A DNA stretch of 54,614 bases from a virus (taxonomy: Duplodnaviria; Caudoviricetes): the IMG/VR virus record IMGVR_UViG_3300047199_000011, positions 1 through 54,614 of that record; one strand, written 5' to 3'. Shown piece after piece: positions 16,621 through 27,325 of the stretch (position 1 is the stretch's first letter; every line of letters begins with the position of its first letter). Made by a program: the position numbers and the translations under genes. The notes below the pieces were generated by a model. That model saw only the letters and a list, made by a program, of their open reading frames with translations, was not told the DNA's origin and searched no databases.

Positions 16621-17538
16621 TCACTCGGCTGTTTCTCCTGATTCTCGTCTGGCATCTTTCTCCTCCTTTCGATTAAAGTATAATTGAACTGTTAAATTGT
16701 CTGGTTTCTCAACGAAGCAAATGCGGGCATAAGGACATTCAGAACCAAAGTTCCAGCATTGGTCTTGATTCCGGTAGAACTTATCGATGTTAAACTTAGA
16801 CATTGTGGCGAGCTTAGCCATAATGTCCTCAGCGAGTAGCTTGGTATCTTCTTCAAAGTGGTAGAGGTCGACTGGTGTGCGGTAGGAGAAGTAACGGTTG
16901 TAATACAATTTGGGGCGAGCTTTATAATCGCCAACGATACGGCGGCCAAAATCATCTGCGGTTTCATTCACTCCCTTGCGGAGTAGAGGCTTCTTGATGT
17001 AATCGTAGAGGATGCCTTTGATGTCATAGCCGAGTTTGGTTTCGGCCCATACGTAGCCTGTACCCTGCGAGGAGGTCTGACAGCGCCCTTCAAACTGTCG
17101 TTGGGGAAGGCCGGTGGTCTTTAACTCACGTACCCACCACTTGTCATTCTGCTTCACCCTGCCGTCTATCCTTCCGACGAAGTTGACATTATCGGTAATA
17201 GGTACGGTGAACTTGTCTTCCGAGGCGATCTCCTGGTACTCACGCTTCTTGTAAGGATAGTAGAGCCACATCCCCATGGCCGTGTACTTGGCAATCAGTA
17301 GGTCTTCCCGATCTGCCGCTTCCTGCTTGGAGAGTTCCTCGTTGAACTTATCAAGGATATAGTCATAGACTTCCCCATCAGAACCACCCTTATAGAACAA
17401 ATCAAACCCCTCATGCAGCACCGCGCCAAGCGTTAGAGAAGGGAGCTTAGTAATAGGCTCAAGCCGCATGACGTACCGCCAGTAAAACTTCTTCTGACAC
17501 CCTCTGAACGTACTGCCGTTGTTGTATGATAGCTCCAT
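16621..17538 (-). CDS. PD-(D/E)xK exonuclease, Cas4/RecB-like with probable Fe-S cluster
   Basis: LSY...GCQKKFY, GAVLHEG, GRIDG...RELKT, QxxxY, C-terminal C-x6-CPY-x3-C. Confidence 0.85.
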   Translation of the reverse strand: MELSYNNGSTFRGCQKKFYWRYVMRLEPITKLPSLTLGAVLHEGFDLFYKGGSDGEVYDYILDKFNEELSKQEAADREDLLIAKYTAMGMWLYYPYKKREYQEIASEDKFTVPITDNVNFVGRIDGRVKQNDKWWVRELKTTGLPQRQFEGRCQTSSQGTGYVWAETKLGYDIKGILYDYIKKPLLRKGVNETADDFGRRIVGDYKARPKLYYNRYFSYRTPVDLYHFEEDTKLLAEDIMAKLATMSKFNIDKFYRNQDQCWNFGSECPYARICFVEKPDNLTVQLYFNRKEEKDARRESGETAE

Positions 17539-17606
17539 GTTACCTCCAAATTACGACGGGGACTCTTATCCTAGCCACTTCTACAGAGCTTAGCCGGTGA
17601 TACTCA

Positions 17607-17813
17607 TCATATAGTTTGGGTCGCACCGTAGGCGCCATTTAACGACACAGCCGGGGGAGTCCCCGAACTTAAAGTTTCAACTGCGTAATCTATCGCATCC
17701 TGCAATTTATCTTCTGGAGTGCCCTCCCAAATATCCTGAAGTTCCTCCTCGATAATCTCAACTTCTTCCCAAGAAGAACCCGTCCTATATTTCCCAACGT
17801 AAATTGGCCTCAC
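17607..17813 (-). CDS. hypothetical acidic protein
   Basis: 68-aa ORF, GTG start after GAGGAG. Confidence 0.45.
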   Translation of the reverse strand: MRPIYVGKYRTGSSWEEVEIIEEELQDIWEGTPEDKLQDAIDYAVETLSSGTPPAVSLNGAYGATQTI

Positions 17814-18082
17814 CTCAACTCCTCAACTGCCTTATCTATTGCGGCCTGCACCGGGTCTACGAGGTTATAGGTGTAAGTACAAGGATCGTAAGCATAATGC
17901 CATTCTGCCATATTAAGCTCCTGTTTAAAGTGGGTGTATAATTCTTTGGCGGCCTCTATCATGCTTGGGGGAACTAGTATGCGGATCAATCATAAAATGT
18001 CCCCGCTGGTGGCAACCTAACGAGAGAGGCATCTGTGACGATGAGGACCCCGACGAAAGAATCCCTGCCACCAGAACGGGGG

Positions 18083-18113
18083 AAAATAAAATGAGCGACC
18101 TTGTGAGTCGCTC
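18083..18113 (-). terminator. intrinsic terminator/attenuator in the replication-operon leader
   Basis: GAGCGAC-TCACAAG-GTCGCTC followed by ATTTTATTTT. Confidence 0.7.
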
Positions 18114-18182
18114 TTAATTAGTTTGGGCTCGCTCATGTGATATGCTCTCCGTCGGTATTAAGTGAATCCTTTTCATGCAGCC

Positions 18183-18211
18183 ATATTATCAAAAGAGCGA
18201 AAGTTTGTCAA
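18183..18211 (-). promoter_or_regulatory. sigma70-type promoter for the recombination/replication operon
   Basis: TTGACA-17 bp-TAATAT with extended -10 TG. Confidence 0.8.
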
Positions 18212-21200
18212 GGGTTTTTCTTAATGTTCTTAATTTGCAAGCGTTTTGTAGTTCGAGGAGAGAACATTTCTACAGCTCGTCGATTACGACGTTCTAATGT
18301 CCGGAAGGGATAATTTATCCCCTCCATGATAGTGCGTAATTGACCGGGATTCAATTCAAGTTCTTCCGCCACATCCGTGGGATCTTCGTAGTTATCACGT
18401 ATTCGTTCGCGGGCTCGCTTAAGAATATAATCGCGCATTTGGCCAGCCTGTTTGACTTCTCCGAACTCAGAAATTGGAGCGCCTTCTTCTGCTCGCGGCC
18501 CACGGCGCAATGTAATACCTCCTAATTGTGCCCTAGTTAACCACTTATCAGTAGTAAGTTGCGGCTGTTTTTCCACACCAAGCGGAACGGTTAAATTCTG
18601 TACGCCCTTACTTAAATCAATAGCCCAGCCTCCGATAATTTCACCTTGGCTATTTCTCATCAACGGAGGAACTGCCCCGTTCTCACGAAAGTAACTTAGC
18701 GCCCGGATTATTTCGCCAACGCCAATGTTTACTTTATTCTGGATGGTTTCTATCGGACGTTCTGAAAGCCCGTATAAGAGCTGAACCTCTCTAAAGTATT
18801 GCGGCTCAATAAAGTATGTAGCGTTATTAACATCCCTGTTACCTAACCACATGGATAACTTATACCCCTTCGGGTTCTTAAACATATCCTTATCATCGGG
18901 AGAACCACCGCGCAAAGACTGTACTGCGTATTGGATCGTCCAGTTAATCAGAATCTTAGCTGCAAATACCTTAATTAAATGCCATGCGTATTTCTTCCAC
19001 AACGTATCTAATTCGCCGGAACTCTTTTCTCCGTGCATAAGAGGGTTAATAAACTGCGTTGCTTTACCGGTTTTGAAAGCATATGCCTTCTGTATACCCT
19101 TCTCAACTGGAGTTCCTTTTACCCCAGGTAACTTAGTTATACCATACGCCGCTCCAGTCAAAATACGTATAGGAGCTGATACAAGATTTCGAGAGAAGAA
19201 CAAGAGCGACCATAACGGGCCAGTCCTGCCGTAAATCGCTGGATTAGGCATAAGCGAAGCATCGTTGATAAAGTCAACGGCGATTTTGGCAGCTTGCCTC
19301 TTATTCATTCCAGGATTCTTGCTCATAATAGAATCCATTTCCGCCTTAGTAACATCATATACGGATTGAGCAATAAGGTTATTGAATATCGCTGCGTTTA
19401 CTCCTCCGAAAGTCAAGAAGAACTCTTTGATATTCTCTGCTCTATCTTTACTAAAAGCAAACTTGCCCAAGTTCTTTGCATCAAAAGCGGCCCTAAGGGA
19501 CATCTCAAAACGTTGTCCTCCAACCAAGCCAAGTTCAATAAACAACGGAAGCTCATCATTTTCAGGTGACATGGGGGCATCGGCATACTCCCCTTTAAGC
19601 ATCTGTGCTCCCGTGCTGAATAGCTTAGGGCCTGTCTTAATAAGATTCTTCGCAAACGATTTATACACCTTACCATTCAAGCTCAACAACACCGGAGCAA
19701 GGTAGATGAGGTTTGTATCAAACGGGTTGATCGTCTTCCACCTGCGGATGAGGGTTAATACTTCGTTGGTATTACGCAGCATTTCCGTAGTATTAGAAGA
19801 AGCTCCCCTACCGTACATGGTTTCCAATATAGAATACAATGACTGGTGAATATACGGATTTTGAAAAGCTCCGCGATACCAGAGAACGAGTCCGGGAGCA
19901 TCTTTGGCCGCAATATAACCATACTTGGTGAACCATTTGTTCTCGGTTATACCTTCAGCAGCGGCCTTCTTAGACACTTCATGCTCATAAAGAACCAATG
20001 GATACCCGGCAGCAATTTCGATATTCTTGAGATACTTTAATGTTTCTAACTGATCGATAGTGAGCAGGCTATCAGTAACATACTGCTGCATTTGTGCGAC
20101 ATAATCATCTATAGGAACAAGCCCTTGGCCGCCAGCTTGCTGGCTTTCCGCAGGTGCAAGAGGCCCACGCTGTATCATCCACGGGCCAGTAGCCATAAGG
20201 TATTCTTCATATGTCCTATATTTGGCCGACTCTATCGCAGCACTTGATAGCGGCCCACCCATCCTTCTGGAAGCGGACATAGAACCTACTTCCTGCGTAT
20301 CGGCATATCTCCACACCCTGTTGATAAAGCCCTCCAAAATGTTATTAGCCATGTCGGCCTTATCAAGGATACCAAGCTCCATCATCCTATTAAGATGTGG
20401 AGTTTCAACCTCTGCCTTAACCCAGCGCAATAGTTCTTGTAACGTACCATCTTTACAAACGTTAGGATGAGCAAGCATCTTATAGAAGAAGTCCTCCGGA
20501 CGCTCCTGTGCTAGGTAGTCCTCGAGAGGAACACTAGTAGGTACGGAATAAATCTGACGCATCCATACTTCATCAACGCCAAGCCTCTGCATGAAGTATT
20601 TGGCCCTATTTACAAAGGCCACCGCTTCAGCGTTGGTATCATTACGGAATTGCCCTGGTTCGTGTATATGCTTCTCACCTATTTTAGTCCTTGCCCTATT
20701 GACCGAATCACCTTCTTTGCAATAAAACTCTACTCCGGCAGAAGACATAAGTTGTCGGATAAGCTCACTCTTATATTGCTTGTCGCTTTTCTTAAGCTGA
20801 GGATTATCACGCATGATGATATCGATGATAACCTTGTCCACCGGAAACATCTGGTCGTAGGATACCTTTGCCGCTTCATCAACTGACAATTTGCCTTCAT
20901 AAAGACGAGCAACAACATCTTGAGATACAGGTTTAGCTTTTGGTATGCGCCCGAAAAGCTGCTGTGTCTTCTTTGGTGAAACAAGCTTACCAATATGACG
21001 CATTATGGAATCTTTGGTTTTAGTAGCACGCATAAGCTCGAGAAGAACGCGAGCTTTAATCTTACGTTTGTATATCCATGGTTCATTAGGTTTCATGGCC
21101 TTACGCTGACCACGGTTGCTAGTAGCTTTCTGGGAGTTATATGCAGGCCTGGCCGACCAATCTATACCGAACATCACGGGGTTATAATAGGTAAACTCTA

Positions 21201-24200
21201 GCGGAGCTTCTTTGCCCGATTCACGTATCCTATTATTATCAACTAGCATCCGTTTTAACCTATCAGGAGTTATAAGGACATCGCCAATGCGATAAGCTAC
21301 CGCATCAGGGCTAATCCCCCCGCGCACAGTTCCATCTTCCATAACTGACTTCACTTTATAGTCGCCTACAAGGGTAACAGTTATAGCTAAACCGCTTACA
21401 GGATCAGTTCCTGTGATGGTAAATGGCTTCTTCGTTGTTATCCCAACATACTCCCCAGTAGCTTCAGTAGAACCATCAGCAACGCTTTCTCCAAATAGCT
21501 TGTTCTGTTCAGCCTTCAATCCATACTGTTGCTCAGGAGTCATAGACCGGTACATGGCGTCAAGACGGTCTTCATACTGCATCTTAACTATACCCACATT
21601 CGCTCCAGCACTTGTAGCTTCAACCATCGCAGCCTGTAATGCCATATAGTTAGAAATGACAGCCTTGTCTTCATCACTAAGAGTAGAAGGTTCTTCGTCA
21701 AAATCATCATCTTCTTCCCTTGGCTCAGTTACTACCTCAAAGTCATCATAAAGCTCCCTGGCTTCACGCACCATCTGCCCGCGCACCGCCTCAGATACTC
21801 CATAAGTACCACGCTTCTCTAAATCTGCCACAAGCTTCGCCAACGATTTAGCATCCCTGTCACCTATAAGGCCTCTTTCTTCATCGCTCATCCCAGCCTT
21901 AAGATCTTCGAGTAAGCCGTGGTATATCTTATATGTAGCATCGTTGATATCGATGCCCTTACTTGTTTCAGCCGCAATACGTGTGAGCCTGGCTATCTCT
22001 CGATTAAGTGATTCAACCTGTGGATTTAATCTCGAGTATGAATTGGGGTTCTTAGCATCCGTAAGCCAGTTAATCCTGTTCACCGCACTACGTAACCTTT
22101 CTTCATTGGTGGGGCCGTTGGTAACACTGACTTCCTTTGGGTCGCTAGACTTTAACCTACTAATAAGCTCTTTAAGGTAATCTATTTCCTCAGTAGTTTC
22201 CTGCAAGCGTAAAGCAAGGCCTTTAACACCTTTCCTTGTGGGATATAGCTTGCTATATGCCTCATCTATACGCTCTTGGATGCTTAACCTGGTAGCCTTA
22301 GAGGTCATGGCTTCTTCCATATCCTCCATAGTTTGCAGATAATTCTTTACAGCATAAGTGACTACCCCATGGATAGTATTCCCCTGCAAGTCTACCCTTG
22401 CTTCCGGGTCACGATACTTATTTCCCTCTTGCATAGCCTCAGGAATAGCATCCAGCGATCCATAATAAACAAACCCAGAAACTAACCTATTCACATCTTC
22501 TCTGCTGAACTCAATGCCAAGGAATCTCTTGAGCCATGTCCTCAAATCTTCAAGCAAGCTAATATACCAAGACTTCGGAGGTTCTGTATTAAATCTTTCA
22601 GACCAACGCGCAGCTAACTCCATGTAAAGACGAAGTTCTCCTCTCGGATCATCACGATCAAACCCATAATCTGCAACAAGCTGATCAAGAGAAGTGTGGC
22701 CTGTTGTACCTAAAAGCTCTGGAGCCGCTTCCATCAACTGAGCTTTTGCCCCTCGAAAGATATTAAGTAACTCCTGCGTTTGCCCTAAGTCATTAGCTAC
22801 CTGCGCTAAACCACGGTGAGTAATCTCATGCAGCACTTTCTCAATTACATCTTCTTCGTTCACATGATCCAAAGATATCAAAATCTTATCCATTACCGGA
22901 TCATAAGCAGCAAGAATATCCCTGGAAGTAGCAGAATAATATGGGCCAGAACGACCTGCAAGCCTTTCTTCATAACCCGCCATGAACTTATATTTGCGAA
23001 CCATTGCCTCTTTCTCAAGAGTAGGATACCTTCTGATATTCTTGGCCTGTCTTGTCCAATGAGGCTTCCTGCGGGGGACAGAAGGTACATCACGCTCTAT
23101 CCCGTACATCCCTGATTCTATCTTCTCCCTACCTGAATACTCGATCAGTTCTGGATGATCAGCCATCATTCTGAAGAATACAGGAAGGGCATAAGGAAGA
23201 TCTCTGAAATTATTGTTACGGTAGAACTGCGGATCTTTCTGCCGCCTCTTTAAGCTCTCAATATCAGATTTCCTATACTTAATACCTTCTTCCATATTTT
23301 CTCTCTGCCAAGTAGACAAATCTTCTTTCTGTAATTGTCTTTCAAGCCTGGTAATTTCGTCCTGCTTCTTAAGCATCTCCTGGCCATAAGAACGTACTGC
23401 AAAAGCCTTGTCCTTAGCGAGCTGTTGTTCTAATCTAAGGCTAATGTACGCATCATAGATATCCTTAGGCACATTACAAAACTCGGGATCTTCAGCAACT
23501 GAAGCAAAATCTCCTCCAGCATCGAGTATAATCCTACCTAAAGCCATCAGATTCTCGTACTCCTTAAGGAGCTTTTGGTATTGGAAATTACGGTTAGCAT
23601 AAAACTCAGCCCAGAACTCTGCCGGAGTTTGTTCAGCTCCGTAACCTACTGTTTCGGCTATTTTCTTATCCTTGAGTTCACGGCGGCCAAGCAGGTAATC
23701 AACGCTTTGCATTATAAGGCGCTTCCTCGAAGTGTCAAATCTTGCTCCCGTCATCTGGTCAGCAAGCTTTAATTCTGTCAATCCCGCTATCTGCTGGAAT
23801 AAAGCGACATCAGCTTCAGCAGTAAAGTTAGGCGCATCGTCTTCCCATAGCGCGTAATAAGGCGTTTCGTTACTTAAGAAAGGGATGCCTTCTGAGCTCT
23901 TTGGTCTTGGTTGCCACCGCGCACCTTCCAACGCTTCTTTCCAGCGTTCATTCATCCGCTTATTTTCGAGGATAACGTAGTAAGCATTGGAATACTGATT
24001 ACGCCTTTCCTGTATGTTAGTATAGATGGCCGCAGGGATATGCCTGTAAGGGATGTTGTTTTGACGGAGTAGATTATCCATCGCTTCTTGATTTACCGGA
24101 GCCCACATACGAGAATGGACTCTCTTGGTGAAAGTAAAATCATTGAGAGAATAACCAGCAAACAAGTTAGGCATGAGCGTATAGATTGCGCGGGTTAGAC

Positions 24201-27200
24201 TATCCGCACCCAACGCACGAACACCTTCTGCCATCTGCATCTGAGTGGCTATCTCAATTATCGTATCTTCCATCTCCTCCATCTGAGCGTTGATTCTTTC
24301 TTGCTCACGAGATTCTTCATAAGAATTATCAGTGAGGCCGCGGTCTTTAGCCCTTTTGGCCTTACGCAAACTCCTATCCGACCGCCAATCAATAGCTATG
24401 GAACTAAGAAAAGCAGTCACATCATCGTAATCATCAATGGGGCCGATTTCGGAATTAAACTTATTTGTCACTGTCCTGAGTTCATCACCATCTATTTCAA
24501 TGCCGGCAGTAGTTCCGTTCTTCCTGACAAGCACCCATTGATCATAACGAGAGATATAGTTTATGGCTGCCCCACGGCTGGTACACCAAGTCTTAGCAGA
24601 CAATTCCTCAAGCGCAAGAGCATCAGGAGAGTTCTCAGTGACTGCGGGATTCTTGGGAAAGAAATAGAACATCCCTTCTCCGGACTTAGAAAGAGTACCT
24701 TTACGCCCTTCAGTTGCCAACTTGACTACGATAGACTCATATCTCTTTTGTATACCACCCTGATTAGGATTTTGGTCATAATACTTCTTGACCTCATCCA
24801 CAGCTTTCCGGTTGAAAGAACGCATTGTGGGATCGACTGTCTTATCATCCATCAAGTCTTTAGTGACAACATCATACAGGAAATAATCAAACAAGCGGTC
24901 ATGTAGATTATGCCCAGCCCTTCCATCAAGGTAACTATTCCAGGCCATCAATCTATACCCCGCCCAATTCTGCAAGAAACCTGTTTCATCTGCATCATTC
25001 GCTCTCTCATCAATCTTCTCCGCAGCTTCACGCTGTCGTCTTAAAAGAGCGCCCTCCACATAAGACGTAAATTCTTCTTTGTTGGAATACTTCTCAGGAG
25101 AGATTTTCTCTCTCTGAACAAAGAACTGAGCATGACCTTCTGTAATGCCCTTATTTGCCAACTCTCCGGCCAACGCTTGATACAAACCGGGAGAATCCAT
25201 TATCTTATCAACAAATACAACATACCTGCGGGCCGCATCCTTAATGAACTGAGGAAGGTTGCTCTTTTCTATCTTGTCACGGAGCCTGTTTTCCTTATAC
25301 GCCATATTAAGCTTTTCAACAAGCTCATCTGTAGCAATATCACCGCCTGCATCTTTTGATTTAGGAGCAGTAAGATTACCTTGATTGATCACCACTTCAG
25401 AAGCGTTTTGCTTGGCGTCATCATCGATAGCTTCCTCTACCTCTTTATTTACTGCATTGGTTTGAAGCAATGCTTGCTTTTCATATTCAGCAGCAAAAGA
25501 TTTGAACACTGGTTCAGTAAGATTGACACCATCTTTAATCTCTGTCTGCGAAACCTTAACCGTGCTCAATGGTATGTTTTTAGTCACAAGGTAAGTAGCG
25601 ATATTCTTAAGAGATGTCTTAGCCATGAACGGACTAAAGAACGCTTCAGTACCAGTATCTATCCCAGCTTGCGCCTCAAGAGCAGACTTCTTATCAACCC
25701 CTGATATGAAAATGGTAGGCTGATTACGTAATTCATTGATGAACCCTTCGACATTAAAAGAATTACCAGTCCGCTCAGCAACAAGTATCTTCCCAACAAT
25801 GATATTACGCAGAGTCTGGTCAAGATCAGGAAATCCCATCTTCCTCCGGATGTTCCCTTGCTGCTGCACAAGATTTATCTCACCAAGAATACGATTAGCT
25901 CGAGCAGTAGCCCGCATATGCTCATCACCAGTAAACTCTGTCATAGTGTTCTGTTCACGAACAGTCCCTGCCTGAGATGTCGTAGTTATATTGCTTTTAA
26001 GTAAATCAGAGAAAGGAACAACTACATCCTGCGACTCAAGTTTAACCTTCTTCGCACCTAACCATTCTTTACGCTTTTCTTCAAGACCTTGTTGAGCCTT
26101 GGATATAATTTCTCCCATAGCCTTTTCAGCCTGTTCCTTCTTTGCTTCAGACCTATAAGTAAACGGAGCAGTAACAAGACCCGGGACAGAAAACGCAGCG
26201 AGTTCTACCAATAATTGTTCAGAAGAAGGAAGGGCCCATTTCTCTTGCCCAGTTACTGCATATCCTATATCAGCAATACGTTCTTCAAACATTTCTCCCG
26301 CTACACCATGCCATTGAGTAGTTTTGAATAAGTCGTTAATCTTCTTTGTCTTTACGAAAGGATTGACCTTCTTGATCGCGCGAGTGAAAGCATTATTGAT
26401 AACAGAAGCAGGAACATACTTTGATAACTCCTGAATTAAGCCGCCAGAACGTTCAGATACAGTTTCCACCCATCCCATTACCGCAGCGCTTTCAACTGCC
26501 CGCGATGGGGACTTACCAGGAGTAGTCCCAATGCTTCCATCTGACCGTATAGAGATATCTGGAGTACGTTCTTGGGCATACTTCTCAACCATACGAGAGC
26601 TCATAGCTACCGGAGCCTGGATAGTACCGGCCACAAGGCCTCTTGCTACTTTAGAAACAGTACCAGCAACGGTTTTCTTCGCAGCAGTAGGAATAATCTT
26701 ACTAGCGATTTGCGTAAGCCCTGCCCTTCCGGCAACCTCAGCAGCCTTACGAGAAAAGATGTTCTGTACTACCTTCCTAGTTCCTTGTTCAAGTATTGTT
26801 TCGCCAAACTTTGCTACTCCGCCAGTGAGGGCGATCTCTCCTGCGAAAGCGGGTAGATCTTGAACCACATTAGAAATCTTATAAGGGATACTCTCCTTAC
26901 GCTGTAGTTTATTGACTTCGTTCTGGATTAAGGAAGCATCTTCGGGGGTAAGCGGTTTATCTTTTGATAGTTTTGATACTGCTTGCCAGGTTGGAACTTG
27001 TTTGGCAATAGACTCAAGTGTCCCAAGAAACGGAACTTGTCTTAGGGGGCGTGTTTCTTTGAAAGACGTACCTAATGTAGCAGGAGCAGCACTGATCGGT
27101 TTGCCATAAAGCATCTCCTGGTTCTTCTTAACTATGGCTTCAATATCCGCTGTACCATAGACCTTCTTAACTTCCTCAGGAGAAAACTTTCCAAGATACT

Positions 27201-27324
27201 CACGAACAGAATCCCATTCAGAAGGAGCGGTAGCTTTAACGTTTAACTTTACATCAGAAACTGGCTGCCCAACTTGACGGATATTCGTTATAGCTTTACG
27301 TATATTCTCAACCTTGATAGGCAT
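18208..27324 (-). CDS. giant (3038 aa) virion/ejection protein, polyvalent-protein-like
   Basis: Last gene of the structural operon, after nozzle and ejection genes; zincin motif VLHEITHRG; KTWCT segment. Confidence 0.7.
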   Translation of the reverse strand: MPIKVENIRKAITNIRQVGQPVSDVKLNVKATAPSEWDSVREYLGKFSPEEVKKVYGTADIEAIVKKNQEMLYGKPISAAPATLGTSFKETRPLRQVPFLGTLESIAKQVPTWQAVSKLSKDKPLTPEDASLIQNEVNKLQRKESIPYKISNVVQDLPAFAGEIALTGGVAKFGETILEQGTRKVVQNIFSRKAAEVAGRAGLTQIASKIIPTAAKKTVAGTVSKVARGLVAGTIQAPVAMSSRMVEKYAQERTPDISIRSDGSIGTTPGKSPSRAVESAAVMGWVETVSERSGGLIQELSKYVPASVINNAFTRAIKKVNPFVKTKKINDLFKTTQWHGVAGEMFEERIADIGYAVTGQEKWALPSSEQLLVELAAFSVPGLVTAPFTYRSEAKKEQAEKAMGEIISKAQQGLEEKRKEWLGAKKVKLESQDVVVPFSDLLKSNITTTSQAGTVREQNTMTEFTGDEHMRATARANRILGEINLVQQQGNIRRKMGFPDLDQTLRNIIVGKILVAERTGNSFNVEGFINELRNQPTIFISGVDKKSALEAQAGIDTGTEAFFSPFMAKTSLKNIATYLVTKNIPLSTVKVSQTEIKDGVNLTEPVFKSFAAEYEKQALLQTNAVNKEVEEAIDDDAKQNASEVVINQGNLTAPKSKDAGGDIATDELVEKLNMAYKENRLRDKIEKSNLPQFIKDAARRYVVFVDKIMDSPGLYQALAGELANKGITEGHAQFFVQREKISPEKYSNKEEFTSYVEGALLRRQREAAEKIDERANDADETGFLQNWAGYRLMAWNSYLDGRAGHNLHDRLFDYFLYDVVTKDLMDDKTVDPTMRSFNRKAVDEVKKYYDQNPNQGGIQKRYESIVVKLATEGRKGTLSKSGEGMFYFFPKNPAVTENSPDALALEELSAKTWCTSRGAAINYISRYDQWVLVRKNGTTAGIEIDGDELRTVTNKFNSEIGPIDDYDDVTAFLSSIAIDWRSDRSLRKAKRAKDRGLTDNSYEESREQERINAQMEEMEDTIIEIATQMQMAEGVRALGADSLTRAIYTLMPNLFAGYSLNDFTFTKRVHSRMWAPVNQEAMDNLLRQNNIPYRHIPAAIYTNIQERRNQYSNAYYVILENKRMNERWKEALEGARWQPRPKSSEGIPFLSNETPYYALWEDDAPNFTAEADVALFQQIAGLTELKLADQMTGARFDTSRKRLIMQSVDYLLGRRELKDKKIAETVGYGAEQTPAEFWAEFYANRNFQYQKLLKEYENLMALGRIILDAGGDFASVAEDPEFCNVPKDIYDAYISLRLEQQLAKDKAFAVRSYGQEMLKKQDEITRLERQLQKEDLSTWQRENMEEGIKYRKSDIESLKRRQKDPQFYRNNNFRDLPYALPVFFRMMADHPELIEYSGREKIESGMYGIERDVPSVPRRKPHWTRQAKNIRRYPTLEKEAMVRKYKFMAGYEERLAGRSGPYYSATSRDILAAYDPVMDKILISLDHVNEEDVIEKVLHEITHRGLAQVANDLGQTQELLNIFRGAKAQLMEAAPELLGTTGHTSLDQLVADYGFDRDDPRGELRLYMELAARWSERFNTEPPKSWYISLLEDLRTWLKRFLGIEFSREDVNRLVSGFVYYGSLDAIPEAMQEGNKYRDPEARVDLQGNTIHGVVTYAVKNYLQTMEDMEEAMTSKATRLSIQERIDEAYSKLYPTRKGVKGLALRLQETTEEIDYLKELISRLKSSDPKEVSVTNGPTNEERLRSAVNRINWLTDAKNPNSYSRLNPQVESLNREIARLTRIAAETSKGIDINDATYKIYHGLLEDLKAGMSDEERGLIGDRDAKSLAKLVADLEKRGTYGVSEAVRGQMVREARELYDDFEVVTEPREEDDDFDEEPSTLSDEDKAVISNYMALQAAMVEATSAGANVGIVKMQYEDRLDAMYRSMTPEQQYGLKAEQNKLFGESVADGSTEATGEYVGITTKKPFTITGTDPVSGLAITVTLVGDYKVKSVMEDGTVRGGISPDAVAYRIGDVLITPDRLKRMLVDNNRIRESGKEAPLEFTYYNPVMFGIDWSARPAYNSQKATSNRGQRKAMKPNEPWIYKRKIKARVLLELMRATKTKDSIMRHIGKLVSPKKTQQLFGRIPKAKPVSQDVVARLYEGKLSVDEAAKVSYDQMFPVDKVIIDIIMRDNPQLKKSDKQYKSELIRQLMSSAGVEFYCKEGDSVNRARTKIGEKHIHEPGQFRNDTNAEAVAFVNRAKYFMQRLGVDEVWMRQIYSVPTSVPLEDYLAQERPEDFFYKMLAHPNVCKDGTLQELLRWVKAEVETPHLNRMMELGILDKADMANNILEGFINRVWRYADTQEVGSMSASRRMGGPLSSAAIESAKYRTYEEYLMATGPWMIQRGPLAPAESQQAGGQGLVPIDDYVAQMQQYVTDSLLTIDQLETLKYLKNIEIAAGYPLVLYEHEVSKKAAAEGITENKWFTKYGYIAAKDAPGLVLWYRGAFQNPYIHQSLYSILETMYGRGASSNTTEMLRNTNEVLTLIRRWKTINPFDTNLIYLAPVLLSLNGKVYKSFAKNLIKTGPKLFSTGAQMLKGEYADAPMSPENDELPLFIELGLVGGQRFEMSLRAAFDAKNLGKFAFSKDRAENIKEFFLTFGGVNAAIFNNLIAQSVYDVTKAEMDSIMSKNPGMNKRQAAKIAVDFINDASLMPNPAIYGRTGPLWSLLFFSRNLVSAPIRILTGAAYGITKLPGVKGTPVEKGIQKAYAFKTGKATQFINPLMHGEKSSGELDTLWKKYAWHLIKVFAAKILINWTIQYAVQSLRGGSPDDKDMFKNPKGYKLSMWLGNRDVNNATYFIEPQYFREVQLLYGLSERPIETIQNKVNIGVGEIIRALSYFRENGAVPPLMRNSQGEIIGGWAIDLSKGVQNLTVPLGVEKQPQLTTDKWLTRAQLGGITLRRGPRAEEGAPISEFGEVKQAGQMRDYILKRARERIRDNYEDPTDVAEELELNPGQLRTIMEGINYPFRTLERRNRRAVEMFSPRTTKRLQIKNIKKNP

Positions 27325-27325
27325 A

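Noticed and set aside
16621-17538. CRISPR-Cas system suggested by the Cas4-like nuclease
   Set aside because: No repeat-spacer array or other cas genes; the Sak4/SSB context indicates a recombination exonuclease
18208-27324. Virion RNA polymerase (N4- or crAss-like) in the giant protein
   Set aside because: No convincing DxDGD or T7-type catalytic motifs seen; DDDFDEE lies in an acidic linker. Not fully excluded without structure prediction
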